Source of the DNA: Camelus dromedarius | Taxonomy: Eukaryota | Assembly: GCF_036321535.1 (NCBI RefSeq) | Contig: NC_087436.1 | Span: 4,526,001-4,590,000, forward strand | Direction: 5' to 3' | Length of the DNA: 64,000 nucleotides | Notes under the pieces: model-generated | The model's input: only the letters and a program-made list of their open reading frames with translations | Database searches by the model: none | What the model was told of the DNA's origin: nothing | Program-made: the position numbers and the translations under genes | Shown here: in pieces, positions 1 through 12,426 of the stretch | Numbering within the stretch: position 1 is the stretch's first letter | Layout: each line of letters begins with the position of its first letter

Positions 1-1884
1 ATTGATTTGACTGCCCTCTGTCAAGCTGCTAAAGACAAAATAGTTTCAATAAAGGCTGATGAGGAAAATGTAAAAGCGTTTGAAAAGTAACTGATCAGCT
101 CAACAAAAAGCACACATTATTTCTTGGAAATAAATGAGTATCTGAGGAAGATCACATCCAGCAGCATTCTAGATTAGAGCAGTCTCACTATGAAGCAGCG
201 GAAGGTAAAACTCGCAATCAAATAAAAGATGTAAACTAGAAATATCGATGATGTGTTGACAGTTGGCCTCCTGCATTGTGATTCTCCTGGACTGGAAAGA
301 AGTCCTTACGTCAGAGTCTCCTGTTCCACTCACACAACCACGAGGACATTTAGCCCTTCACTTTGTCTTATGTTGTTCTTCTTGTATCTACAGAGATAAC
401 TAATATCGACACCTTGCCTTCCTTAATATCTGGGGAAAATCCAATATGCTGTCAGTCTCTCTCACTGACTCACAGCTGTGGCTTCAAACAGAAAACCCTG
501 TTCTCTGAAGGTGATTGTTCCCTGTCCCTCCTCATTCCCTTTGCTCAGACCCCGGGACCCCCAAGCCCCAAACCGCTGTGCCCAGACTCAGGTAGCACAT
601 TAGGCAGCAGAACCCAGGAACAGAACTATGACTAACGGTTTACATGACTCTGACATTGCAAAGATGGGGGAGGCAACTAATAAAATGTTATCAAATCAAG
701 GGAATTAATTAACTGAAGCATTAGCATTATAAATGGCCTACGGTGGTCTCATGAAATGCTAGAGTGATTGTTTAAATGTGTGGAATTAGTTAATAAATAG
801 GAAAATAATTGATTAACGTTCCTATCCCTCTTGACCCCTTACACTTTGTCTACCAAACAGCTCACAAAGGGGCAGCCACGGAGCTGCCTCTCCTCTCAGC
901 CTCTACGCCCCCCCCCCTCCACAACATCCTTCTCTGACCTGCTCTTTCTAATCCTGTCTCTCTGTGCACCAAATTTCTGTCCCATTAACTCAAAACTGGT
1001 GAGTTTATTTACAATTTAGAGGAGCAAGTTCAATATCCTGTAATAATTACATTGTATGTGCTGATTGGCCAAAAACATGCTTTTGCAGTATCTGCAATAA
1101 TTTTCAAGCCTTGTTGCCATCCCAGGTTGTCTGTTATCACCTGAGCATCATCCCTGCCCCGTTCTGTGGTCTCTGTTGCATCCCGAGCAGGGAGCATGGA
1201 AACTGCAGCTCCTGGCATCCTTCACCGATGGGGTTTAGACTGGATTCTGAATCACTTGAGGTGTGGATGGCAGACAAGGAGAAGCACTAACCCCTTGCAG
1301 GGGCTGACACCTGCCTGGATGGGGGTTTGTGTCACCCAGGTGCACCCTGCAGGCAGCTGGCATCATCAGTAACATTTCTCTGCTCCTCCCGCCTCCCTCC
1401 CCAAGGTCCTCCAACGGTTTTGTGAACCCCTCTTTCTCTTAAAAATGCAGAAGTGATTTCTGTTTCACTAGGGGGAAATACAAGCTGATGAGTGGTCCTA
1501 ATAGAACAAATATTGTCCACCTTAGGAACTAAAAACAACACCATGTTGATTAAAGGGAGACACAGGGAACGCCCTCCTGTCTTCCTTTCCACCCACGTCC
1601 ATCACGTCCTGCTTCAGTTTTCTCCACACCACACCCTCTGACATCCTGTACTTTTATTTGTTCCTATTTTTGATTGTCCATCAGAATGGAAGTAGCATAG
1701 CAACAAAGGTCTTTTGTTTTATCACACTGTTGAGTCTCCAAACAGTAACAAGTGAGTGCATATCATTCAATACAAGTATTTTCATGAATGAGTGAATCTC
1801 AGGAAATTGTGTTTTTCTGCTGAGAATTTATGTTTGTTTCTGCCAGGCTCCTGCAGCGTCCCCAACACAAGACCACTTTATTTA

Positions 1885-2040
1885 CTTTTTAAATTTAATT
1901 TTATGTATTTTGGTGGGAAGGAGGAGTCATTAGATTTATTTGTTTTACTATTATTATTTTATTTAATGGAGGTGCTGGGGATCGAACCCGGTACCTCGCG
2001 CATGCTAAGCACGCACTTTACCACTGAGCTCCACCCTCCC
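1885..2040 (-). mobile_element. tRNA-Ala-derived SINE (camelid Vic-1 type)
   Basis: Minus strand GGGAGGGTGGAGCTCAGTGGTAAAGTGCGTGCTTAGCATGCGCGAGGTACCGGGTTCGATCCCCAGCACCTCCA with A and B boxes, then AT-rich tail. Confidence 0.85.
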
Positions 2041-3644
2041 TCCAAGAGCATGTTCAAATCAAGTATCTGCCTGCGGATTTTCAAGCCACTGAATTTGCAA
2101 GAACTTCTGAGCCAAACCTGTGGCAGTGAGGGCTTGAGGGCAGGGATAATCAGGAGAGACCATTCTCCCCATGCTGAGCCCGGTCCTAAAGAGAGAGGGT
2201 CCCTGGTGTGACAGCCCTTCCTCCAGGATTTCTGTTGTGTTATCACTTCCTATCTGTTTGCTCTGTTTTCTGCCTCCTTGCCGTGTTCCCAGTGTCCCCG
2301 GCTCCCGCCCACCAGTTACAGGTGGATGGCCTCCCAGTCCCTGCCAGTGCCAATGAAGCCCTTCCTCCTCATTCTTCCTGGTTTTAGCTTGTTCCCCTTT
2401 CTGGGCAGCCAGCCTGATTAAGCACTAGAATTGTGTTTACAGTTTATCCAGTGTTGTCAGGTGTCCGGTGCTGGGAAGGGTTCCTCTGAGTATCCACCAC
2501 GGTGTTGGGACGGGACGGCCCCTTTTCTTGCTTGCATTATTTTATAATCAAGCCAAAATAGAGTACTCTCAAGAATAAGAAGAGTTTGGTAAGATGCTAC
2601 TTCCCCTAGGTAATAGTCTCAACCATTTAAACCAAGTATTTTATAAATATTAAGAGCAGCAGCCGTAACTGTCATTTTCAGAAAATGAGATTTCTGCAAG
2701 TCTGCTCCAGCATAATTTGCCTTTTCTTTATGTCAAAACAGAGTTCTCTTTACTTGGAGACTTGAATCAGTTTCTTTCTTTCTTTTTTTTAAATGAAGGC
2801 TCAGAATATGCTTTTTGGCCCCGACTGGCGAGACCACCACTTAAGAGCATCCCAGTGTCTTTGGTGGCGTTTTGTAGTTTTGGGAGCTAAGTGCCTCCTG
2901 TTTCTCAGAAGGAGATGCATACTTGAAACACTTACCAGCAAGACTCAAAGAAAACATCTTGTCTTTGGAAGTAAAGTGAAAACCAAAGGCAACACTGACC
3001 ACCGCTTGTTAGACGTTTCTGATGAAGACGCCCTGGCTCCGTGCACCCCGTCCCCATTTGGTGAGTGTCCTGTGTTAAAATAATGAACATGACGTAGACC
3101 TTTCTCCCATTGGACTGTCCACTGAGAGACATATTATTTTTCTCATACCATATTTTGCATCATTAAATTATAAAAGTATAATTATAAGAAGCAGAACAAG
3201 TTTTATCTGCTACAATAGCTAAAAGGGGAGAAGGCAGTTCACTGACTTTTCAAGCCTGTCACCGGGACTGGAGAAGTTACAAACATGTCTCTCCACACAG
3301 ATGGCTCCCTTTGCTATGGGTCAGGTCAGTAGGTCATGTTGCTTTGGAATGTTTCTCTTAAAACTTAAGGGCTCATAAATCTTCCCATATTTATGTTCAC
3401 ATGTAAAAAACTCTTCTCATTTGGATTAAATGCATTCTCCTAGAATAGATACTCTTTTAAGGCTGTGATTTTTTGCCTCTTCCTGTGAAGCTGCCCTGAA
3501 ATACTGGACTGGCCCCCTGCTGAGGAAGGTGCCTGGGGCTTCACCTGTGGGGACTCTGGGATTGTTTAAAGTCCAGCGACTAGAAATGGAAGGTGATAAA
3601 GAAGTTTCAACTCTTTATAAAAGACACACATTTAATCAATGCTT

Positions 3645-4539
3645 CTTTTTCTTTTCTGTTTTTTTAACTGAAGTACAGTCAGTTACAATGTGTCAATTTC
3701 TGGTGTACTGCACAATGTCCCAGTCATGCATATACATATATTCAATTTCATATTCTTTTTCATTAAAGGTTATTACAAGATACTGAACATAGTTCCCTGT
3801 GTTATACAGAAGAAACCTTTTTTTAAAATCTATTTTTATACATAATTGCTAACATTTGTAAATCTTAAACTCCCAAATTTATCCCTTCCCACCCGCTTTC
3901 CCCAGTGGTTACAGGGAAATAAAATAAACAAAATAAAATAACAAAATAAATTGTTTACTATGTCTGTGAGTCTGTTTCTGTTCTGTTTTGTAGATGAGTT
4001 CATAGTGTCCTTTTTCCTTTCCTTTATTTTATTTTTTTTAAGATTCCACATATGAGTGATATCATATGGTATTTTTCTTTCTCTGTCTGGCTCACTTCAC
4101 TTAGAATTACCATCTCTAAGCCATGTTGCTGAAAATGGCATTATTTTCTTTCTTTCTTTTTTTTTTTTTTTTTTGGCTGAGTAGTATTACATTGTACAAA
4201 TATACCACAACTTCTTTATTCAGTCATCTGTCGATTGACATTTAGGTTGTTTCCATGTCTTGGCTATCGTAAATAGTGCTGCTGTGAACATTGGGGTGCA
4301 TGTGTCATTTCCAATTAGAGTTCCTTCCAGCTATATACCTAGGAGTGGGATTGCTGGATCATAGGGTAAGTCTAGTTTTAGTTTTTTGAGGACTCTCCAT
4401 GCTGTTTTCCACAGTGGCTGCACCAAACTGCATTCCCACCAACAGTGTAGGGGGTTCCCTTTTCTCCACACTCTTTCCGGCATTTATTCTTTATGAAGGG
4501 CTTTTTAATTTATTTTTATTTTTTTAATTGAAGTAGTGC
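3645..4539 (-). mobile_element. L1 3' fragment (3'UTR and end of ORF2)
   Basis: T-rich tail, GAAGTACAGTCAGTTACAATG, AGATTCCACATATGAGTGA, GGTTGTTTCCATGTCTTGGCT; TSD CAATGCTT (3637-3644 / 4540-4547). Confidence 0.85.
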
Positions 4540-5524
4540 CAATGCTTATTTTTAAGTGTGCCTTACCATGAGAAGAAGCAGGAACAAGTCAATCTTTATG
4601 ACAAGAATTGGCTGAAGTTACCTGAGTGTGATTTTCTCAGTAGTTTCTTTCATAAGCAGCTTTATTGACTATACTTCCAGTGCTTTGCCTGCCTGTTCAG
4701 TGACCTTCCTTCTTTCCTTCCTTTCTTCCTCCTCTGTCTCTGTCTCTGCCTCAGTCTCTCTCCCTCTCTTTCCTTCTATAAATGCATAAATAAATGGAAA
4801 CGCACTTGCTGCGATGTAGTTAACCATTCCTGTTAGGAAATAAAGCTGTTGAAACTCGTGTTCTCTGCTGTTCACGTGGAACTGAAACTAATGTCAAACA
4901 AAGAAATTTAAAGAACGTCCAAACAGTTTGAAGTACAAGTGTTGAAAACCCTATGACTTAATGGCATCCGGAATGTGTACCAGCCCAGAGACTTCTGCAA
5001 TAAGACAACTTTACTACTGTGAAATATTTAGTGTCTCTGAGTCCATCTTCAACCACCAGAATGAGCTACGGATGCTTGTTAAAATGTAAATTCCTGGGAC
5101 CTGGCAGTGCCCAAAGATGTGGATATAATCAGGCTGAGTGGAGCTCTTTGTTTTGCATAATTAACAAGCTATTGGCAGGGAGACCAGAGGGATTCACACC
5201 GCAGGGTCCGGAGCCAGACCACCTGAGTCTGAGTCCTGCTTCTGCTGCTTGCTCGCTGTGTGACTTGGGGAAAGTTGCTTAATTTCCTTATACCTCATTT
5301 TTCTTGTTTGTAAAACAGACATAATCTCAGTGCTCACCTGAAAGGGTCACTGGAAGAAAGAAATGACCTAATGCATGTGGCGCTGAGAAGAGCGTCTGAC
5401 GCATAGTTTACATCGCACAGTGCAAACTATACTATGATCCTTTTTTGACAATTAACATTTTGGAACCCCAGAAGAGATTTCATTTGTCCTTCTTTTAATA
5501 ACTTTGTTGTTTCCAGCTCTCGTT

Positions 5525-5980
5525 TTAAAGACAACTTTATTGAGATAAATGTACATACAGTAAAATATACCCATTTTAAGTGTACAATTCTATGAGTTTT
5601 GATAAATGCATATACCCTCGTCACCACCACCACGAGCATGAGATAGAGTATTTCCATCAGCCAGAAAGTCCCTGGTACCCTTTCCCAGCAGTTCCCCACC
5701 CTGGTCCAGGCAACCACTGATCTGTCCTCTGTCATTACAGATCAGTCTTGCCCTCTCTAGAGGTTCATATAAATGAAGACGTGCACTATGTAATCTTTTG
5801 TGTGTCTTGTTTTTCTTTTTCCTCAGCGTAGTGGTTCTTAGCTCCACCTATGTGGCTGTCTGTCAGTAATTTCCCCTTTTCCAATGCGGAGCAGTATTCC
5901 GTCCTACGGTTCTACCGTAATTTGCTCATCTGTTGGTGGACATTTGGGTTGTTTCCAACTTGGGGCTGTTATAAATAACT
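5525..5980 (-). mobile_element. Old L1M-type 3' fragment
   Basis: CTTTATTGAGATA...CCCATTTTAAGTGTACAATT...GGACATTTGGGTTGTTTCCA motifs; boundaries approximate. Confidence 0.7.
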
Positions 5981-6616
5981 CAAATAATGTCTTTGTTGGC
6001 AGCTAGCATTAGTTTTCCTATTTAAAAAAAGAGTGAAGTCAAGGACTCAGAAAATAGACTCTCTCTTTCTATGATCAATTATTTTGAAAAGCCAAGGAGT
6101 AAGAGTGGGGAGCGGGGAGGCTAAGCTGGAGAAAAAGCAGCGTCAAGAACTGTGTGTTTTAACTAAGTTAGAAAGAGAGCTTAATCTCAGCTGTGGATCC
6201 TTTTCCTTACAGGCAACATAGCTTTGTATGGCTGAACTGTTCTTTTTAGACTTGTCAACTTTTATTCATGTGAAATAATCTTTTACTAGATGGAGTAAAC
6301 ATAGTTACATTCAATAAATACCTTAGAACAAGTGTGTCAGACGTTTATTTTGCAGTATCCATTAACCCCTTCATCTTAGGAACTTTTCACATCACTGTTT
6401 CTACCTTATGTTTTTCTTTCAGTTTCCTGAACTCAATGCAATTGTAAGCTATTTCTGTGGGGGAGCATTTTAAAAGCAGCATTAAATACACTGAGATATA
6501 CAGATATTATTTTGACCTTTTTTTCTGAAACACAATTTATAAGTACCAGTGTTGTTATCAGGGCAGAAAGAGTGAATATAATTATTACTTTAGGACATAA
6601 GATTTAAATATGGGGG

Positions 6617-7118
6617 TGTCACCTGAAATAAAATGCACAGCCTAAAAGTTGAGAGTTATGTTTTACTTGGCGGACTTTCTGAGGACTTAAGCCTGGAAGG
6701 CAGCCTCTCAGATGCTCTAAGAGACTGTTCCACTGAGGCTGGATAGGGGCCAGGATTTACAGGAGATTTTGCAGCAAAGACCAGGTAGTCAGAACATCAA
6801 AAGATTACTGTTAATGAAAGAAAACCAGACATCTCAAGTTAAGGAATTTAGCGCTTTTCTATGTGTGGGAAGGTGCAAAGGTCTGGGTCCATTGAAATCA
6901 TTCCTTTGATGTGCTGGCTGTCTTGGGCCAGTGTCCTGTGCTTTCCCATCCTGAGTCCCCTCAGGGGGCACTGTTGGGGGTGCAGCAGAGGCCACGCTGC
7001 CTGCTTGTCTGCATCCTGAGCCCCCTCCGTTCACCGTCAGGGGTGGCGGTAGTGGCTGATGACTTGATGGTCACAGCATCCTTTGTTTACTGATACGGCT
7101 GCAATGTTTTCATTCACA
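6617..7118 (-). mobile_element. Solo LTR (ERV1-like), copy A
   Basis: Reads TGTGAATG...GGTGACA on the minus strand, 502 bp, perfect 4-bp TSD GGGG (6613-6616 / 7119-7122); homologous to 7591-8096. Confidence 0.85.
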
Positions 7119-7590
7119 GGGGTCTACTGTATAAATACACTCAGCAGATTTTTCAAATATGAGCATTAACAAAACCTCTCAGGATGGCCAAAGTCCAAGA
7201 ACATCACTTTTACCCAGAAAAGTTCGGCAGGGCACACTCACTCAAGCATCCGGAGAAGCTGAAGATCCCCCATGTCACCAGTCCTGGTTCCTCCGTGCTT
7301 CGCAGTTCCTCCTTCAACCCACCCCTTTCCCCTCACATTTTACAATAAGCATCAAAAAGAAACCAGCCCGTGCCTGCGACACTTTGCTTAGAAATTGCCT
7401 TGGCTAAATGTCCCAATTCACCATTTCCAGATACCCGCAGACTACGGTTCTGTTCAGTTCCTGCCCTTCCCCGGTTTTCCCTTAACAGCCACCTCATTTC
7501 CATCTGTGCCTCCACCGGCAGGAGTTTCCCATCCACACTTCGCTGGCAGAGCACAGGCCACATGTCAGGAGTCTCTAAGATGATGGAGGC

Positions 7591-8096
7591 TGTGAATGAA
7601 ACATTGCAGCCGTATCAGTAAACAAAGGATGCTGTGGCCATCAAGTCATCAGCCGCTGCCGCCACCCCTGATGGTGAGCGGAGGGGGCTCAGGATGCAGA
7701 CAAGCAGGCAGCCCGGCCTCTGCTGCCACCCCCAACAGTGCCCCCTGAGGGGACTCAGGATGGGAAAGCACAGGACACTGACCCTAGACAGCTATGGTGC
7801 ACATCCAAGGAATGATTTCAATGAACCCAGACCCTAGCATCTTCCCACACATAGAAAAGCGCTAAATTCATTAACTTGAGACATCTGGCTTTCTTTCATT
7901 AACAGTAATCTTTAATTACAGATATTCCCACTACCTGGTCTTTGCTGCAAAAACTCCTATAAATGCTGGCTCCTCCCTTCCCTCTTCGGAGCTGAGCGAT
8001 CTGGGAGGCCACCTCCCAGGCTTGATGTTCTCAGGAAGTCCAGCAAATGAAACATAATTATCAACTTTCAAGTAGTGCATTTGTTTTTGATTGACA
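7591..8096 (+). mobile_element. Solo LTR (ERV1-like), copy B
   Basis: TGTGAATG...TTGACA, 506 bp, TSD AGGC/AGGT; TATAAA near 7958; inverted homolog of 6617-7118. Confidence 0.85.
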
Positions 8097-8319
8097 AGGT
8101 TTTTCCCTGCTGCGGGTCCGGGTCCTCACTAGCAGATCTAACAGCTATGTTTTCACTAATAGTACATGCAACCAAGGCTTTTTGAAAAATCAGGCCCCGC
8201 GAAATTCTTCCTGCCTTTGCCAGTGCCCCACTCCAGTTTGGGGTCTCTGTTCCAACAGCACCCTGCTTCCCAGGACTGAAGTCGGAATCCTTTCCATTGC
8301 TGCCACAATAAATAACCAC

Positions 8320-9108
8320 AAAGCTGCTCCTTAAAGCAATGCAGGTGAACCACCTTCCATTCTAAGCGTTGGAGGTTTGAATGAGCCTCACTGGCCTGGA
8401 ACCCAAGTGTCCATGAGGCTGCTTCTCTCCCAGAGGATCCGGGGGATGGGTTTTCCAGCCTTGTCCAGGTCCAGCGGCTGCACACATCCCTTGGCTACTG
8501 ACGCCTTCCCGTCTGCAAAACCAGTGACTGCTCGCCCAGTCTTTCTTTTTTTTTATGTGCTTTTTAAATTGCATTTTTCATTGAAGTGTAGTTGACTTAC
8601 AATGTTAGTTTCTGGAGTACAGCAAAGTGATTCAGTTATACACATACATATATTTCCTCAGATTCTTTTCCATTATAGTTTACTACAAGATATTGAATAT
8701 AGTTCTCTGTAATAGACAGTAGGTCCTTGTTGTTTATCACTTTTATAGAGTCATGCGTATCTGCTAATCCCAAACTCCTAGTTTATCCCTCCCCATCCTT
8801 TCCTCTTGGGTAACCACAGTTCGTCAGTCTTTCTCACACTGCATCAGTCTGACTGTCTCTGACTCTGACCTTGACTCTCTTACCTGCATCTTCCACTTAT
8901 CAGGACCCTTGTGATTACACTGGGCCACACAGGTAACCAGGGATCATGGTTATCTCAAGGTCAGTTGGTTACAACCTTGCTTCTGTGTGCAGACTGAACG
9001 ACCCCTTGCCACGTGCCAGGTAACATAACCTGGTCACAGGTCTCTGGATAAGGACATCTTCTCCTGGGGTTGAAGTCAGGGGTCTGGTGCATCATTCTGT
9101 CAACCACT
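8320..9108. mobile_element. MaLR (MLT1-like) LTR interrupted by an L1 3' fragment
   Basis: Typical MLT1 motifs GGACCCTTGTGATTACACTGGGCC...ATCTCAAGGTC...GGTAACATA; boundaries approximate. Confidence 0.6.
8547..8824 (-). mobile_element. 5'-truncated L1 3' end
   Basis: Poly-T then TTGAAGTGTAGTTGACTTACAATGTTAG; TSD CAGTCTTTCT at 8537-8546 and 8825-8834. Confidence 0.85.
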
Positions 9109-10354
9109 CTATTTAATGCTGACAAACACCATCTGTTCTGAGAAGACATAATGACAAACATTTCTGTCACTGTTAGCCTCTCTTAAAGTCCAAGGTGCTT
9201 CATGAATGCTGGGACCAGGAATTTAGGGACTCCGACCTCAACGTTCTCTTTTCCTCAACTGAAATGGGACATCTGGATGCTAACATGGTCTCAGCAATCG
9301 CAAGTTGCCAGTGTAAAATGTATCTTAACTGCGTGTGTTTAAGACAAATGGAAAACCAATGATCTTAAGGAGGGGAAACAATAATAAAAAGAAAAAAAAG
9401 ATACAGAAGTTTACTCTTATGTTTCTTGTGTTTGACAAGTTACTTTGATTTGATAGACAGGACAGGCAGCGGTTTGCTTGCTAAAATACTAAAGTTCTGC
9501 TTTGGACACAGAAAAAAAGTATGGATGCAGTATTGTGCAATGTTCCTCACGTTTCTCCCTTCCTGCCTAACTGCTCCCCTCCCCTCTTCCCTCTGAATTC
9601 CCCTTGGTTTGGGAACTTGTGGTTTTAGTCTATGAACTTGACCAAGAGGCCAATAAAGATGAATCCATTAGTCCCATTACTTTATTTGAACTGATATGGT
9701 GCTAATATCCCAGCTGGTTCTCCAGCTCCCCAGGAATGAACAGATTCCTGAAGCCCATTTCCAGGTCCAGCATCCTTAATGAGCTGACTGCAGATCTGTG
9801 CTTGGAAAACTTCCATATGCATGTGAGTTAACTGAGGATTTTGCTAAACGAAAATTCTGGTTCAGGAGGTTTGGAGGAGGCATTTCTGACAGGATCACAG
9901 GTCTTGGCCTTGCTGCCGATACAGAGACCGCACTCTGAGCAGCAAGGTGGTGGATGGCATCTATGATTACCACTGTCATTTGCAAGTGTGAAAAGAATGC
10001 ACATTTGAATGCTTTTGTGCTGTTGTCCGTCATGCAAAAGGAAAAACAAAGAATCCTGAGAAAAACTCGAACCTTTCTACCTCAGAGACAGAGACACAGA
10101 GACTGCTTTAAACTGAATACTTGCCCTTGTTGACATTTTCATTAAGTTGCCCTGACAACTTCCCTATTCTCAATAAAGTGGAGGCAGGTAGGTTTAACCA
10201 CACCATCTATAAGACAGAACAGACCTCAAAGATAATGAGATATTCAGGTGCTCATGTATCCACTTAATGATCATTTTACTGAATCCCTTCTGTGGGACAT
10301 ACCCATGGCTAGACACTAAGGCTGGAAAAATGATTTCCCTAACATCAAGGAACT

Positions 10355-10397
10355 TTTTTTTTTAATTCTTTTCCTGTGGCCATTTTTTTTAACGTTT

Positions 10398-10429
<32 letters not shown>

Positions 10430-10548
10430 GGAGGTGGTGGTGGGGATTAGGTTTATTTACTTATTTATTTAATGGAGGTACTGGGGATTGAACCCAGGAC
10501 CTTGTGCTTGCTAAGCATGCAATCTACCACTGAGCTCCACCCTCCCCA
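10355..10548 (-). mobile_element. tRNA-Ala-derived SINE (Vic-1 type)
   Basis: Same tRNA head, long poly-T tract, TSD CAAGGAACT (10346-10354 / 10549-10557). Confidence 0.9.
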
Positions 10549-10685
10549 CAAGGAACTCTCACTACCTTTCCAGGGCATATCAATCATCCAGGTAAGAGAA
10601 GTTTTTCACAATCACCTTCTGGTGGCCCCAGCATCCTAGACTGGCTGCTTTTCCCACACACCCCACAAAGAATGGGAGAAGCATA

Positions 10686-11151
10686 CAGGCAGACCTCTTT
10701 TCACTGTACTTCCTCTTCCTGTATTTTTTACAAATTGAACTTTTGTGACAACCCCTGCGTCAAGCAAGTCTATCGGCACCGTTTTTCCAACGGCATTTTC
10801 TCACTTCATGTCTGTGTCACATTTTGCTAATTCGTGAAATATTTCAAACATTTTCATTATTATTAAATTAGTTACGGTGATCTGGGATCAGTGATCTTTG
10901 ATGTTACTACTGAGACTCGCCAAAGGCTCACATGATGCTTAGGACTTTTTAGCAACAACGTAGTTTTCAGCCAAAGTAGATACATTTTTTTTTTTAAGAC
11001 AAATGCTACTGCACACTTAGACTGCAGCATGGTGTAAACATAAGTTTTACACGAGCTGGGAACAAAAAATTCATGTGACTCGATTTATTGTGATACTTGC
11101 TTTATCTTGGTGGTCTGGAACCGAACCCGCAGTATCTCTGAGGACTGCCTG
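10686..11151 (+). mobile_element. Non-autonomous Tigger1-derived DNA transposon (Tigger1a_Art-like)
   Basis: TA|CAGGCAGACCTC ... GAGGACTGCCTG|TA termini with TA TSD; Tigger1 motifs CAACCCCTGCGTCAAGCAAGTCTATCGGCACC and GGTCTGGAACCGAACCCGCA; 466 bp. Confidence 0.85.
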
Positions 11152-11237
11152 TACAAGACTGCAGCTGAGGGCTTACCCTTGGTAAAGCTGAGCAAGCCCT
11201 GGAAGAAATTACTGAGGTTAAAAGCCGTCCTTATTGA

Positions 11238-11340
11238 ATATGAAAATGAATATATGTATGTTCATGTATGACTGAAGCCTTGTGCCGTACACCAGAAATT
11301 GACATGACATTGTAAACTGACTATACTTCAATTAAAAAAA
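11238..11340 (+). mobile_element. Very short L1 3' end
   Basis: GTAAACTGACTATACTTCAATTAAAAAAAA terminus; imperfect TSD AAAAGCCGTCCTTATTGA / AAAAGTGGTCCTTATCGA. Confidence 0.75.
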
Positions 11341-12361
11341 AGTGGTCCTTATCGAGGAGTTTGGCGTGCCTCAGAATTTGAGGATGGTGAAGGCAGAGAT
11401 GAACCAGTTAAACAGGTCGCCATCGAAGCCAAGAGCGATATTGACCAGAGTAATGCCAAAGCCAAAAAACCGGGTTTGATACAAACCTACGATGTGTGGC
11501 AGCTGGAGGACAGGCCAAGTGAGGCCACTCAAATTACCTTCCTAGCTCAGCTTCCTGGACTTTTATTGGTGCCCTTTGCAAAGGACACCACCTCCAGGCC
11601 TTTGCTCACAAGTTTGCCTCTGCCTGAAAAGCACAACACAAAAGAAAAGATAAAAACTTCCTTATTTTATCTTTTCTAAAATCTGAACTACCTTTTAAGG
11701 CCTAACTCTCATGCTGTTCCCTTATGAAGTATTTCTCCTGTGTCTGAGGATACCTCTTCTTTCTCTGCAATTTCATACCACTATATTTTTTTTTATAGTG
11801 TAAGATTCTCTTCCAATTATGCATTACTGGCAGTTTCTTTTTCTTTTCTTTCTTCCTTTTTTTTTTTTTTTTTTTTTTTGAGGCCTTAAATTCTAAGTAC
11901 TCTGAGGACAAACGACCTTTTGATCTAACAGATTATCAAGTGCTGGGAGTAGAGAAAGAGAAGGCTCCTGAGAGGGCAGAACCAAAAATGCAAATTCGTA
12001 GCTCTGCGCTTTTGCCTAATACTAAGGCAATGTTTAGTTAAACACCTTTTTTTTTTTAAACTTAAATGTCTTTTTTTTCTGCTTCTTCTGACATGTGCAG
12101 AGCATTAGTTGTCAAGGCTGGGAGAAAAATGTGCAGATGTGATGATTCTAAAATAGGATGGGATTATGTGGAAGGTTTAGGGAGAAATACAAGAATTGGA
12201 GATAACCATGAACATTTTGTCTCAAAGTCCCTGGGCTTGAAGAGAGAGCACATAACACTCATGATTAGTTATGAAATCACAATGAAAGAGAGTAACGCAT
12301 GTGTTTTTTTCTTTTAAGTCAGGAAGGTGCTTCCAAACATATCAGAACTTACTTCTCTGTT

Positions 12362-12364
<3 letters not shown>

Positions 12365-12424
<60 letters not shown>
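12365..12424. repeat. Perfect (AC)30 microsatellite
   Basis: 60 uninterrupted nt of AC, read directly. Confidence 0.97.

Positions 12425-12426
<2 letters not shown>

Noticed and set aside
1967..2040. tRNA-Ala(AGC) genes (here and at six other sites)
   Set aside because: Diverged stems, shared non-tRNA tail, A-rich ends and TSDs mark them as SINEs.
6617..8096. Single DNA transposon with ~500-bp TIRs, or a provirus
   Set aside because: Each arm has its own TG...CA ends and TSD, the outer flanks do not match (GGGG vs AGGT), the spacer has no transposase and looks like older MaLR sequence, and proviral LTRs would be direct repeats.
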